DNA of 64,000 nucleotides from Chrysomallon squamiferum (GCA_012295275.1 CM022677.1:5704001-5768000), one strand, 5' to 3'. Positions 12,732 to 30,437 are shown, counted from the stretch's first letter. Notes: generated by a model from the sequence alone, not told the origin. Program-made: numbers and translations.

Positions 12732-15700
12732 TGTCTCTCTCTCTCTCTCTCCACAGTCGTATATCATCCTTATTTTTTCCTGTATTATTAGATATTGACT
12801 GCCTCATTGTTATTTATTTTTTCTTAGACATATGTTTGAAAGATGGGTTAGGAATACCTAATTCTTTATATAATCTTTGCCTCATCAAAACATTCTCATC
12901 AATTTTTCCACTTCACTTACAAGGACGTCCTGTACACCTGAGATAGAATACGAGAAAAACTGTTAGTCTTTCCTGCAGAGCAGTTCTTCTGGATAGAAGT
13001 GATAAAACTGACAGAGACAGGACAGCTTCTGATTGGTCAGGAAGCAGAAAGTAAGTTTTGTGAGAGTTTTTAATTAGTCTTTCATTATATTAATTTATGA
13101 AATGTATTATTGTACTGGAAAAATTGGGATTTATACTATTCAGTTTTAGTGTATATTTAGAGGGATGCTTTTATGTATGTAAATCAATTTTTATTATTTA
13201 AAATGAATGATTTCAGTCTTTGAAAGATCTTTATACAATGTCAAGTATTTGAGAAGGCTACTAATAAAAAATGTTAATATTAAACAAAATTTTAAATGCT
13301 TTATTGTTATTTGCCTTTTAAAATACAAAGAACTAGTGAAAAAACATGCTGTGTGTGTTCCTAAATAAAATATTTCTTCTTTATTTTAGCAGAATTTATA
13401 TTTATCAATAATCAGGTTATATTGATATATATTTAAAAGATACCGATTTTTTTTTAATTAAGAATTTAGACTATATTAAAAATATACTTATCTTTAATTA
13501 TTCATTACCTCAGACTGTATGTGTTTATCAGTATGTCTGTATGCATGCATGCACATTTGAAATAAAATAGCTTAAATATATTTTTATCAACACATATTCA
13601 TTTGTATCTGCAAATGGCATTGATATATATATATAATAGTAAATAATGTTATTAATAAAGGCAATCTAAAATTAATTTTTTGTTTTTTTTATTTTGCTTT
13701 TTCAGGAACATACCACAAAACAGACAAGTGTTGTTACCTAAACATCAAACTGGTATGAAAAACACACACATTAACTTTTCTGTTTAACAATCTACTTAAT
13801 TCTTCTCTGTTTTGGTATTGGTAAAATATTCTCCATACAGAGTAAGAAAAACAGATTAGTGCAAGGATAGTCTACAAAAACAAGTAAATTAATTGTGGTA
13901 TACAAATAGCAGGATAACTTAGTTTACATCCATGCTTCCTTATTTCCATTTGCATTGTTTCATTTCTTTTTAGTTTATTTGTTCTAAGAGTAATGAAAAC
14001 CATTTCTTGTTTTGTTTTCAACTCCCAGAATGCAGTTCACTTTATTGTGTTTTTATTTGAAAGTTTAAAAATTTCCTTTGCCATCTCTTAGTTTTCACTA
14101 TAATTTGATGATTCTAAGAATTGAGTAAGAGAAATATTTTGTTTACCTACAAAGGTAAATAAAAAAAACTTGTTTTTCAGAAACTGCTCAGAACACAAGA
14201 AAAGGTAATTCTGTGAGCTCACCACAGGAGAGAAATGTCATCAAAGAATCTGTACCAGCCTGGCAGGAACAGAAGCATCTGCAGAGGTTGTTGTTGTTGT
14301 TATAGTAATATCAGTAGTAGTAGTACAACCCATTGTTGTAGTAGTGTGGTTATTATAGCATTAGTACTTAATAATAATCATTCTTGTTTGTAGTAAAAGG
14401 TGATATTTTAGCCAACAATGCTTTGTGATCATAATGTATCTTGTGTGACTCACAGTCAGAAAAATACTGCATGAGTCATAGTACTAGTTATAGTAGTAGG
14501 AGCAGTACTAATAGCAGATTTATTGTTGCAATAGTAGTAATAATAGAGGGAGTTTGAGTATATAACAGTTAAATGAGAAATTATAAAAGTCAAATGAAAA
14601 GTAGGTGTAGAAACAGGAACAGTAGTAGTTGTAGTAGTAGTTGTTGTTGTTTTTGTTGTAGTAGTTATAACAATAATAGTATAAAAATATAGTTGTTAGT
14701 TGAATAGGGGGAGAAAGAAAGAAAAATGATTAATACTTTATTTACCATTTTATTTAATATTTTATTCATTTATTTGTTTGTTTATTTACTTAATATTTTA
14801 TTCAGTATTTTATTGGTTTGTTTGTTTAGTTAATAGTTTTTCAGTATTTTATATGTTTGTTTATTTACTTAATATTTTATTCAGTATTTTATTGGTTTAT
14901 TTGTTTACACAGACGAGACAGTGCTCTCACCAGTCAGATTCAGACCAGTGTGTTCTTCACTCTTGGCCAACATCAGCCGACCACGTCCAACTACAACAAC
15001 TCTGACAGCATGAAGTTGTAGAGTGTTACTACACCAGGTAACCAATCTCAACAGTCAAATGTGAGCAATCAGGGAGAAAAACTTGAAGCTTTAATGCTAA
15101 AACCAGCCAAAGAAAAACACAGGAAAGAGACAAAACTCCAAGAAACAGGACAACATCTCCAACAATGTCTAGGAAATTTCCTCACACATCGCATGTCACA
15201 GCTGATGGATTTCCAAGTCAAGGGGACACAACTGTGGAAGCCACTGTCTCTCTGGACCTCAATGCCACACAGAGTTGTCTGTCAAATGAACCAGTAAGTG
15301 TCAGTCCATGAAAGCACTTGGCAGATGACTGAGAGGACAGTGCATGACAGTGGTAAACACAACAGTCAGGAAGTTGAAGAGCAGGTGACGTCTGAAACTG
15401 AAGCTGGGTGAGAAGAGAAAGTAAACAGAGAAGAAAACAGCAGAACAAGATGAGACAGAAACTTGGGAAGGCAGTGTTCATGAGAGTGATGTCTCGCCAC
15501 ACTGACGATACGAAGGACTGAGCTAGTCCTTTACCTGACTCATACAGCAGAGTGGGACAATGCAGTATCAGAGACTGTAACAGTTGCTGTCTTCTCACAG
15601 TGCTGGAGTCAGGAATTGTTTTCCCAATCTACACATCAAACTGTGACATAGGAAATATGAGGTGTTAATGTTCAGAAAAAATGTTTTGGTTCACCCAGTA

Positions 15701-16894
15701 CATCAGTGTGTGTCTCTTAGGCTGATGTTTTCACTTCTAGTTTGACAGCGTAAAGAAAATATCCTGTTTTGTTTTTCAATTTTTGAAATATAAATAAATA
15801 AATATATGTAATCAAATTTATTTACTTTTCTTAAAATAAACAGTCTAAACTAGCCTGTGATTTTTTTCTCTCTATGTTACGGACATTTCATGCACTCAAC
15901 CTGAATCAGAAAATTCAAATAATTTTGTACAGCTACTAATATATAAGAATTTATAATGTTTATTAAGTTTCAGTTAATATACCAAAACTATGTAAATAAA
16001 AATATTCCTCACTTTAGGATGTTTAATAATGTTAGCTAAAAATATTAAATTCAAAACAGAATAGAAAATAATTTGAAATGTTTATTACGACAAAAAAACA
16101 AATTATATCAAAACTACTTTTTCATATAAAAACACAATTTTAGAAAAATGTTATAAAAATCCTTAATTACAAATTCAAAAAAGCATGGTATAATTGAACT
16201 TGTTTTAAAATGTTTTATAAGGTTTTAAAGATGAGAGCGAAGGGTGCTGTAAAATATAAAAATACCAAGATTTCTGATCTGTCCAACAAAAGTATAATAA
16301 TAAAATATTCAAATTAATTAAATAAAAAATACCAAGATATTTGTTTACAGAAAAAAATAACAAATAACTTGTAATCTGAAAATTATTTATTCAGAAAATT
16401 TATAATTTCTGATTTTATCTTTAAAAAAAAAGAAATTATCTACTACCATTTTATGTTTTATTAAGATAAGTTTATTGGCTAAATCTTTACCAGAAGTCTT
16501 GGTGTTCTTTGTTATTTTATACTTGGTATAGATAATTCAGTAGATTAAAAAAAAAAAAAAATGAAAATTAAGAAATACAAAAAATAAAACAGAAAAATGA
16601 AATTATCTCCCCTGGATCAAACACCTTTATATAAAATGTGTTCTTTTTTTTCAAAGCAGTAATCAAGGATTTCTAACAAATCATTTTTAAAAACTAAAGA
16701 CTTTTTTTTTTTTTACACAGACCTGACTGAACTTGGTGCTGTATCTGGTCCAAACATTTTGTATATTGGTCTGTATGTAACTATATCTTGTATGAACAAC
16801 ACTGACTTCCAATCTGAAATCACACTTTCACAGTTTTATAAATTATTCAGTAAGTAGTCCATGTCTCACACAAGTAATGTTTTTAAACTTTTGT

Positions 16895-18608
16895 TTGGTT
16901 TGGATTTTTCTAGAAGTTCTCAGTATTCTCCAAGCATTCAGCTTCTTTTTATTTTTTTGTTGAGATGTTTCATCTTCTGCTATTTCTTCTGCTTGCTTAG
17001 TTCAGTGTGATCAGAAAACTTGAAACACTTGGAGACAAACTCAAGAAGCCATTTAGAATGAATGGATGATTATCATTAACACTTCTCACTATAAACAATC
17101 CTGAAAATTTACAACAAAAATAAATGTGTTTTTACTAAAACTAAAATAATATTCAGAATTGTATAAACAGTATTAATATGTCCTGATTATGAAATTTACC
17201 TCTGAATTTGTATTATACAATTTGACATGTAAAATCAAGACTAGGTAAAATTCAAATGTGATGTTTTGTGACTTAAAAGCAGAGAGTTGAGATGAGAAGT
17301 AACAGACTTTTGTATCAATCTTGAATTGTGCAGTCTGTTACTCATGTATTAAAATGTACACTGAAAACTGAACATAAAATAGCTGACTTAATTAACAGTG
17401 AAAATTGTAGGGGTTTTTTTCTTACACTGTCATTATCAAAAATAATAATAAATAATTATCATCCGAAACAGACCATTTAAAATTATTTTTCACACTTCAT
17501 GGTTATCGAAAGGCCTTAGGGAAAAGTTGTGAGAGAAAAATTTACATTGATTTACCAGACAGTTAAACAAAATGATGTGAAGAATCTGCTGCAAATAGAT
17601 TTCTGTACTCTGTGTACAACACCAGCTTGTGTCCAAAACATCAGACATGACATTCATACATTTAAAACAAAAATGTCTGTATTAGAAATGTGATGTACGT
17701 ACAGTTTACTTACCAATCACTCAGCCTGTTAAAACAGCACTCATGTAAAACATCTGATGGTCTGTAACTGTCCTGTGATTTCTTTGCTTTAAGAATCTGA
17801 TGTAAATAGATTTCTGTACTCTCTGGTGATTCTGATATAACATCCAGCTTGTTTCTGAAAATAAAACATTACATTGTACATTTTTGTAGAACTATTACAA
17901 TTTTATTTCCTCATTTGAATTTGGAATGATGTTTTCAACGAATATATATCTCGAGTGAAATAAAATTTAAATGAAATAAAATAAAGTCAAATTGTATTTA
18001 TTAAAATATTTCTTGTTGTTCCTGTAGTTTTGATTATCTGGGGATGGATGTGTGTGTTTAACACAAGTTTGAACAAATCAAGTCAGAACCTGTAAGTATG
18101 AATCTAATAATTTTAATAATAAAATATACTTTATTTATTTTTATTTTTTACCTTTTTAAACTGATAGCAAATAAAATCTATAATCTTTATCTTATTCTAA
18201 ATTTTAAATTTAAACTTTCTAAAATACATGTTCAATTGACTATTTCCTCTTACAGCTATGTTATCACAATTGGTAAATCAACGACAAAGTCTGTATTTAC
18301 AAATAAACAATAAAAATATATGTAATAATATTAATACTAAAACATTCTCAGGTGAAATTAAGTAATTTATTATTTTAAAGTTTATAAAATCTGGTAGTAA
18401 ACTGAATTACTTGTCCATTATACCCAGCATCTGTTTACAAACATGTTGAGTACATCTGAGTGTCTGAGTCTGTACAAATTTCTCTTAAAAGTCAGGACTG
18501 GAGAAGTTATTGCTCTTCACTGTACTGTGCACTACACACATGGTCAAGTGGTCATCCTTGGCCTGAAGGATCCTGGCCTTTCGTCTGGACAGAAATAGCT
18601 TGTTTATC
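16895..18608 (-). pseudogene. DHX8: DEAH-box splicing helicase DHX8/PRP22, last three exons, pseudogenised
   Basis: Exon 18411-18608: DKQAISVQTK/KARILQAKDDHLTM..KSNNFSSPDF*EKFVQTQTLRCTQHVCKQMLGIMD. Exon 17714-17854: KLDVIS..RVQKSIYIRF..RTVTDHQMFY..FNRLSDW. Exon from 17100: KWLLEFVSKCFKFSDHTELSKQKK*QKMKHL..LNAWRI. These match the DHX8 C-terminus (GDHLTLL, RKQMLGIMDR, KLSKQKKQQRLEPL, NAWRISR). Confidence 0.94.
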
Positions 18609-19184
18609 CTGTAAAGTGATAAATTACATTTATCATTGATAAACCTTAAAAAGTGAGTCAACTAAAAAAAAATGTAACATTTATTATTGATTATCTAATA
18701 AATAAAATTATAGTTAAAAAAAAAGTATAAAATTTATCATTGGTAATCTCTGGAAACAAAAACAAATTACTATTTAAATCTACCTAAAATATTAAAAATA
18801 CAAATAATTTAGTCAGAATAAATTTATTTTACTCAGGTTTTTCTGTATTTTATTATTGTTCATAATAACCAACAAAAAGGAAACTGAAAGCTTTAAATTT
18901 TTTTCCAATTTAGTGACAAAACTGTAATTGTGTCAAACATTTTTATTAAAAAAGATTATTTCACATAAAAAAATTAATAATAATGATAATCTTTAGGAAG
19001 AATGAAAAGTAATTTATTTTATTTATGCATCTTCAAAACATAAAATGTAAAATGTGTTTAATAATAATGTTTGTTTTTCTTTTTCTTATGTCCAAATAAT
19101 ATAAATACCAGCAGGAATCCTATTACCTAATATATAAAAATGTTTTTTACACATAATAACAATTAACATTTTAAATTAATTCAA

Positions 19185-19455
19185 TTGCGGCAACAAGAGC
19201 CACTATTAATGATTTTATTTCACATAAAAGGTTTGCTCGTAGTTCGATAAATTGGACGTATCGGATTACCTTAATTTACCATCTTTTCATAAACACTAAT
19301 TTTGAAGACCGGACATGACTGTACTTAACGGTAGTCTTGATAAACAAAACCGAGAGGCTCGCTGACCCAGTATTGTATGGTCGTGACCATTCGGATCATT
19401 CCGAAACTTCCCGAATGCCGTCTTAGTTTCTTCGTCTACTTTGCAGTGTTCCGAT
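19185..19455 (-). promoter_or_regulatory. CpG-rich segment, putative promoter and non-coding first exon upstream of the DHX8 remnant
   Basis: Dense CpGs in an otherwise CpG-poor block, with minus-strand donor-like ggtaa at about 19266-19280. No similarity to the DHX8 N-terminus. Confidence 0.45.
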
Positions 19456-19602
19456 AATAATAATAAAATAAATAAATAAATAAAAATAAAATAAAATTAT
19501 ATATCTGCTTCATTTTAACTTTATTTTTTAACTCAAGAAATAGTTTTTTGTTTTTGTTTTTGCTTATTTCTTTTAAGAATAGAAATGATTGCTTTTCATC
19601 CT

Positions 19603-19633
<31 letters not shown>

Positions 19634-19849
19634 GTTTCTTATTATTATTCATTTATTTTATTACAAGTTTGAATAATTTTTTTTTTTTTTTTTTTTTTTT
19701 TAATTATTATTGCTGTTATTTAATTTAAATCCGATAATATATTAACAAAATTGAAAGGTTTACTTACATATTATCCTCAGTGACTGCATAATATTTCTGT
19801 AAAGGGTAAAACAGATTAAAAGTAAATTTATTTTAATAATATTAAATAA

Positions 19850-19855
<6 letters not shown>

Positions 19856-19941
<86 letters not shown>
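19856..19941. repeat. (GA)n microsatellite
   Basis: Directly visible. Confidence 0.99.
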
Positions 19942-19945
<4 letters not shown>

Positions 19946-20119
19946 AGAAGCCACATAAAATAATTGAAAATTAACATATTTTGTTAAAATAAAGTTCAGT
20001 TCACTGTAATCTTAAGGTTCACAATGTTGTATGTCACAGTGTGTGTTAGTAAATAAATCTGATTGTAATGTTAAAAAACGTGTTGTTACTTCTTTCTTTC
20101 AATCTTCTTGTGTCAAAAC

Positions 20120-20472
20120 TAATTATAACTGTTCCACTATATGCTGAACATTGTCACTATTAGTGTATGAATTTACTTACTGTTTATTATGACAAACATT
20201 TTCATTACTTACTCATCAAGTAACTTAGAGCGTGCTTATGCTCAAAATATTGTCGCTACTAGTTTATCTACTTAGTGTTTACACTAGAAACATTCTCACT
20301 GCTTACTTAGCGCGTGGAACCAGAAACATTGTCCATACAAATTCATAAACTTAGTGAATGAAACAATGTCACTAGTAGTTTATCAGTTGATTTACAGTGA
20401 AGTACAGAAATATTGTTTTTACTACTTCCATAGTCTATGCTACTAGAAACCTTGTTATCATCTTGTTAGTGT
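20120..20472. repeat. Old degenerate minisatellite
   Basis: Recurrent (g)aaacattgtcacta...acttagtg-like motif about every 35-55 bp, about 8 times. Confidence 0.55.
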
Positions 20473-20575
20473 GTTTCGTACAACTGACATCAAATAACTC
20501 ACATTAAAATACTATTAATATTTTTCTTGCTATAAAATATCACGTGACATGTTTGCAGACGTAGAAGCTGACCGG

Positions 20576-22218
20576 ACGCTGCCCAGGCATTGTTAAAACA
20601 ACTTTACTTCTAATTTGCAGTTAAAACAACTTTAAAACAACTTTACTTCTAATCTTGTATCGAGCGCCACGCTGCCCAGTGCATTGTTAAAACAACTTTA
20701 CTTCTAATCTTGTATCGAGCGCCACGCTGCCCAGGCATTGTTAAAACAACTTTACTTCTCATCTTGTATCGGCTGCCCAGGCATTGTTAAAACAACTTTA
20801 CTTCTGATCTTGTATCGAGCGCCACGCTGCCCAGTGCATTGTTAAAACAACTTTACTTCTAGATCTTGTATCGAGCGCCACGCTGCCCAGGCATTGTTAA
20901 AACAACTTTACTTCTGATCTTGTATCGAGCGCCACGCTGCCCAGGCACTGTTAAAACAACTTTACTTCTGATCTTGTATCGAGCGCCACGCTGCCCAGTG
21001 CATTGTTAAAACAACTTTACTTCTGATCTTGTTATGCCCAGGCACTGTTAAAACAACTTTACTTCTGATCTTGTATCGAGCGCCACGCTGCCCAGGCACT
21101 GTTAAAACAACTTTACTTCTGATCTTGTATCGAGCGCCACGCTGCCCAGGCACTGTTAAAACAACTTTACTTCTGATCTTGTATCGAGCGCCACGCTGCC
21201 CAGGCACTGTTAAAACAACTTTACTTCTGATCTTGTATCGAGCGCCACGCTGCCCAGGCACTGTTAAAACAACTTTACTTCTGATCTTGTATCGAGCGCC
21301 ACGCTGCCCAGGCACTGTTAAAACAACTTTACTTCTGATCTTGTATCGAGCGCCACGCTGCCCAGGCACTGTTAAAACAACTTTACTTCTGATCTTGTAT
21401 CGAGCGCCACGCTGCCCAGGCACTGTTAAAACAACTTTACTTCTGATCTTGTATCGAGCGCCACGCTGCCCAGGCACTGTTAAAACAACTTTACTTCTGA
21501 TCTTGTATCGAGCGCCACGCTGCCCAGGCACTGTTAAAACAACTTTACTTCTGATCTTGTATCGAGCGCCCACGCTGCCCAGGCACTGTTAAAACAACTT
21601 TACTTCTGATCTTGTATCGAGCGCCACGCTGCCCAGGCATTGTTAAAACAACTTTACTTCTGATCTTGTATCGAGCGCCACGCTGCCCAGGCACTGTTAA
21701 AACAACTTTACTTCTGATCTTGTATCGAGCGCCACGCTGCCCAGGCACTGTTAAAACAACTTTACTTCTGATCTTGTATCGAGCGCCACGCTGCCCAGGC
21801 ATTGTTAAAACAACTTTACTTCTGATCTTGTATCGAGCGCCACGCTTGTTAAAACAACTTTACTTCTAATCTTGTATCGAGCGCCACGCTGCCCAGGCAC
21901 TGTTAAAACAACTTTACTTCTGATCTTGTATCGAGCGCCACGCTGCCCAGGCATTGTTAAAACAACTTTACTTCTAATCTTATAGCGCCACGCTGAGTTA
22001 AAACAACTTTACTTCTGATCTTGTAACCACGCTGCCCAGGCATTGTTAAAACAACTTTACTTCTGATCTTGTATCGAGCGCCACGCTGCCCAGGCACTGT
22101 TAAAACAACTTTACTTCTAATCTTGTATCGAGCGCCACGCTGCCCAGGCACTGTTAAAACAACTTTACTTCTGATCGAATGCCCAGTGCAACTTTATTTT
22201 AATCTTGTATCGAGCGCC
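20576..22218. repeat. 54-bp tandem array, about 30 copies
   Basis: Unit gctgcccaggcactgttaaaacaactttacttctgatcttgtatcgagcgccac. Near-identical core at about 21040-21840, with deletions and variants at both edges. No unique spacers. Confidence 0.99.
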
Positions 22219-22823
22219 GATGACGTCACGATTTCACGTTTTTCAAGTCGGTGACTCTAACCGAATCAACTGACGTCCAGAGGAACCGACGTGGCTATCT
22301 CTGTGTGTGCGAAGTACATTTCCACCAACTTGCTTAGCAACATGTATGTAGGGAAGGCTGGGGACATACACATCTTAACACTAGTTATATACTTTCCGAG
22401 TTAGTATCTTGAAATATAATCTTTTTTAATCTTTATCCTAATACTCGTTATAAAATTGTACAAGTTTTATATTCTTATTGAGGTAAGCAGATAACTAAAT
22501 ATCTAACACCAGGTCTAAACCTCCTCGTAATGAAAATGCGTAACATTAAAGCTAACCGCAAAGCTAAATATGACCCTAATGCTACCTTTAACCCTAATCC
22601 TAACCTCGCCATAAAGATACTTCTAAACATAACGACAAACTCATATTTTAAAAAGTGGTTAGGATTTGGGCCAGATATGATTATTTGCTAATATGAATTG
22701 AACTTTTGTTTAAAACATGAAAAATATTATAATAGAATTGAAAAAAAAAAAAAGGAATATACTTGTATTTGTGTCCTAAAAGGACACAATGGGTATTTGG
22801 AAGTCTCTCTCTCTAGACGTGTG

Positions 22824-22855
<32 letters not shown>

Positions 22856-23099
22856 TGCGTGCGTGTGTGTGTGTGTGTGTGTGGACTCTGTCCAAAGCGG
22901 AGTCATTTCGGACCAACTGTAGATGTCATTTTAGACAGAGTGCCGGCTTAGAGAATGAAAATTGGGATACATTTTACTTCTAATGTTTTTGTTTATCGTC
23001 TACCTGAGACGACTTTTTTTCTTTTTTTTATTACGTTTTTTTTTTTCTCTTGCTTCCCTCAAAAACAAACTTCTCTGTTATGGCCTCCATGTTTAAAAT

Positions 23100-23325
23100 G
23101 GGTTGCAAAAGTCTGCTTTCGGTAGCAGCAACGAAAGATTTAATTTGTTTTATCATTTTAAGAATATCAGTGTAAAAAAGTTCGATCACTGGGTTACTGT
23201 GTGTGTCGTCAGTCCATTCAGATTTTTTGATTTGTCGGTCGTCACTCTTTGCCAAAATATCAGTTTCGTACAACTGTTGGTAATGGTCACTAAGTTTTAT
23301 AATATCAAATATTTCCTGTCTTCAT
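23100..23325 (-). mobile_element. Possible Penelope-like retroelement fragment
   Basis: The minus frame IFDIIKLSDHYQQLYETDILAK..IKKSEWTDDTHSNPVIELFYTDI resembles the pre-RT motifs of Penelope-like elements (V.NLS..L...E..LL.KG and K.KS.WTP....N..LE.F). Confidence 0.4.
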
Positions 23326-23647
23326 ATTTTAAATTTCAAGCGAGAGATCGACATCGACTTAGTATTAACCCGCTGCAAAGTTTAGTCGCCTTCTTTTTTT
23401 TTTTTTATTTATTTATTTATATTTTTATTTATTATTTCAAACAGATCACTTGAAAGTTGAATCTATCGATACATTTTGCCTCCACTTTTGTCCAACCATC
23501 TCTAGAACACATTCTTCGGATTTCCGTTATTTCTGTCAAATGCATTAAAATCATTTTTTATCCCAGTCTTTATATTTTGAAATTTGCCCTCGGAGCCGCT
23601 GATAAATGTGCTGTTTGTCGCCGCACTGTGCACCTGCCCGCAAGGCG

Positions 23648-23905
23648 TGAATCAGTTGAAAATTGATTTTTTTACCTCCAGTTCAGCTCAGACACACTTT
23701 TGTTCAGGAGAACATGCAGTGTATACCACAATAACGAGTAACATTTCCCTTTTCCAATGTGCACTGTTTTTTTTCAGTGAATCATTTGAAAATTGATTTT
23801 TTTACCTCCAGTTCAGCTCAGACACACTTTTGTTCAGGAGAACATGCAGTGTATACCACAATAACGAGTAACATTTCCCTTTTCCAATGTGCACTGTTTT
23901 TTTTT
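23648..23905. repeat. Near-perfect tandem duplication of about 130 bp
   Basis: tgaaaattgattttttttacctccagttcagctcagacac...aatgtgcactgttttt occurs twice in tandem, with a further copy at about 44510-44630. Confidence 0.95.
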
Positions 23906-25029
23906 TTTTTTCGGATTAAAGTGTGTGATTTTTAATGATTAGAAATGAACTTTGACATCGATCAGTGTTCTCACTAAACAAGTGGATGGGAATGTGTTCT
24001 GAAGGAAAGTACAAGAGATCACACTGAAAACAATAGGTAAAGGTATTGATATTTTATTTTTTATTTTATTTTTTTTTTTTTTTTTCGTTGACCTCGTCTT
24101 ATTTAAAAGAAAATAATAATAATTTTTGTTCGAGGAAATTGATACTACCGATTTCAAGGGAAGTAATTTGTGTTAATGATTTTAATCAGTCTGAGTTTGC
24201 CTTTAACATTAGTTTGTTTTTTGGTTACATTTCAGTTCATTCTACAAAGTAACTACATACTTGTTCATCAAATAGTAGTAGTAGTAGTAGTAGTAGTAGT
24301 AACGATAATAAAGCTGAAGGAAATAATGAGCTCTGAGTTCAGATCTGTGCAAGGAATAAATAAATAATAAATTTCAAAAAATAAACAGTATGTTTTTACT
24401 AAATCCTTCAATCATCATTATTTTTATTTGTTTTTTTATTATTTATTTTATTTATTTGTTTATTTATTTATTTTTTAAAAACTTTTTTACTGAAAAAAAT
24501 GGAGAACATCGTCAACAATAATTTTTGTTCGAATAAAGAGAGGAACATAATTTGTTGAGGTTTTCTTTTTGTACAATTATCTAAAATAGACAGTTACTGC
24601 TCCAAGATTAAATTTTATTTGCCAGTATCTACATCCGCACGGACGCTGATATGTTACTATGTTCTAATCGGAAGTTTTCACCTGTTAACCACGATTTCCG
24701 GTCCAGGTCGTAACCCGGTTTATATTTTACATGGTTGAACAGATCCGCCTAATTTAAAACCCCGGCATGTTGTTAAGTTATGTATCAGAAAATAAAATGC
24801 TTTAAACAAACTGGTTATATGCATTCTTTTTTATCCGGATAAATATATAATGGTTTGAATTCTTTACATTCTTCTTCTCCTCCTTTATGTGCGATAACTT
24901 TCCTTTGTGTTTTATTACGGGGAATTAGCATAATCCAAAATGGCGCCGGCTGCGATAAACAAACTGCATGGTACAATTCCTGTTTATTAACTGAAATTCT
25001 CGAAAGGTTTAGGAAATTAAATTAAAAAA

Positions 25030-29208
<4,179 letters not shown>

Positions 29209-30019
29209 AATTAATCAGGAGATACATTGATATAATGCTTACGTTTGACTAAATTATCATTACAAAATATAGAGTAACAAAATTTATAAAGCATTTCAGT
29301 GTGAATACATTTTTTCTACATTTATATAATTAATAGTTTCAAAACTCTACAGTAATGGACAGTTTCCAGTACGAAGCACTGAAACAGTTTAAATCTAAAA
29401 TAAGGATATTTTTTAGTTAATGTGTGTGTCTGTGTAATCTGCTTAATATTTATAAACTTATAAATAAGAATGTAAATTCAAGTTTAAATTATGAATATGT
29501 TTATTTAATAATGTTTACATTTATCTATTTAATAACTGTAAATATTAAATAATGAGTATATTTAGGTTTAAAGTAGAAATATATTCAGTTAATATTTATA
29601 ATTATCTATTAATATTTATCAAAATAGTGAATAATTATTAAAGCAAATTCAAAATTATAAATACTTTTAGTTAATAATGTTTACATTTATCTGTTTCACA
29701 CTGACCTGTCTGTGTGAAGTTAAACTGATTTAATCTGTGATCACATTTTAAAACTACCTTTATTTTATTTGTAAATAATTTGCATCAAATTACTTGTTAG
29801 TGACAAATTATTTTTCTATTGACTAAAGCACTGATCTGTAAATTACGTGTTGTATAATGATTTTCTATTTTTTGTCTATCTTGATGATTGCTTCCTTGGA
29901 GAAATTATTTTATGCATATTATTTTGTTACTGAACTTTAATTTTTTATTTATTTTTCATTTTATTTTATTCAGTTAGTAATGATTTATTATTGTTGTTCT
30001 TCTTATCATTATCATTATT

Positions 30020-30054
<35 letters not shown>

Positions 30055-30064
30055 TATTATTATT

Positions 30065-30366
30065 ATTATTGAGTATTGGTGAATCAAAACAGTTTTATTT
30101 GTTATCTAATTTAGTTGTCTGTTTCACAATTACACAACATTTTTTTTTTTAAAGTTTTGTGTAATGTGTTAACCTTGCTGGTTATGTCACTTTTACATAA
30201 ACAATGAATGAAATGTGTTATTTTATGTATATTATTTAATACACTGATATAAATATTTTTTTAAATATATATTTTTTGTAATACTTGGCTATTACATACA
30301 ATTAATTTTCCATACATTTATTTTATCATACACTGAATAAGAAAAGAAAGAATAATTTCATTAATA

Positions 30367-30437
<71 letters not shown>

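Larger units (their letters stand above)
9704..15700 (+). pseudogene. CAMSAP: CAMSAP/Patronin (microtubule minus-end protein), unprocessed pseudogene, N-terminal half only
   Basis: Exons 9704-9794 (KLYGENVPNEFKEPFYE), 10451-10537 (VKPHLSNSLVSSDV*), 11054-11133 (IVQVLSRK*IYISEKDESAVTETIL), 11347-11433 (LMLAYASEVVSVECAVQAVR), 11800-11917 (TFNTTIELPSDTEVTVIFWLNKV), 12828-13050 (DICLKDGLGIPNSLYNLCLIKTFS, FHFTYKDVLY, CH domain), 13706-13752, 14181-14204, and a large exon from 14913 (LEALMLKPAKEK). These match CAMSAP motifs (KAYG.NIPE.L.DPFY, ALSRKGIY, ELP.DLEDA..FWINKV, DICLKE...ADSLYN, LKPAKEK). Multiple stops; no CKK domain seen. Confidence 0.93.

Noticed and set aside
20576-22218. CRISPR array
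   Set aside because: Units are contiguous near-identical 54-mers with no unique spacers, there are no cas genes, and the context is eukaryotic.
20962-22254. Repeat proteins (GARYKIRSKVVLTVPGQR)n or (LLLILYRAPRCPGTVKTT)n
   Set aside because: The open frames follow from a 54-bp unit length, frame-breaking indels occur within the array, and there are no convincing starts or splice context.
22545-22612. Interstitial telomere repeat
   Set aside because: Only a few degenerate ccctaa/cctaac hexamers, more like a TE-internal motif.
29210-29960. C-terminal remnant of a second nSTAND gene
   Set aside because: The position ahead of the 30/60-kb duplicated block is suggestive, but no recognisable translation was found.
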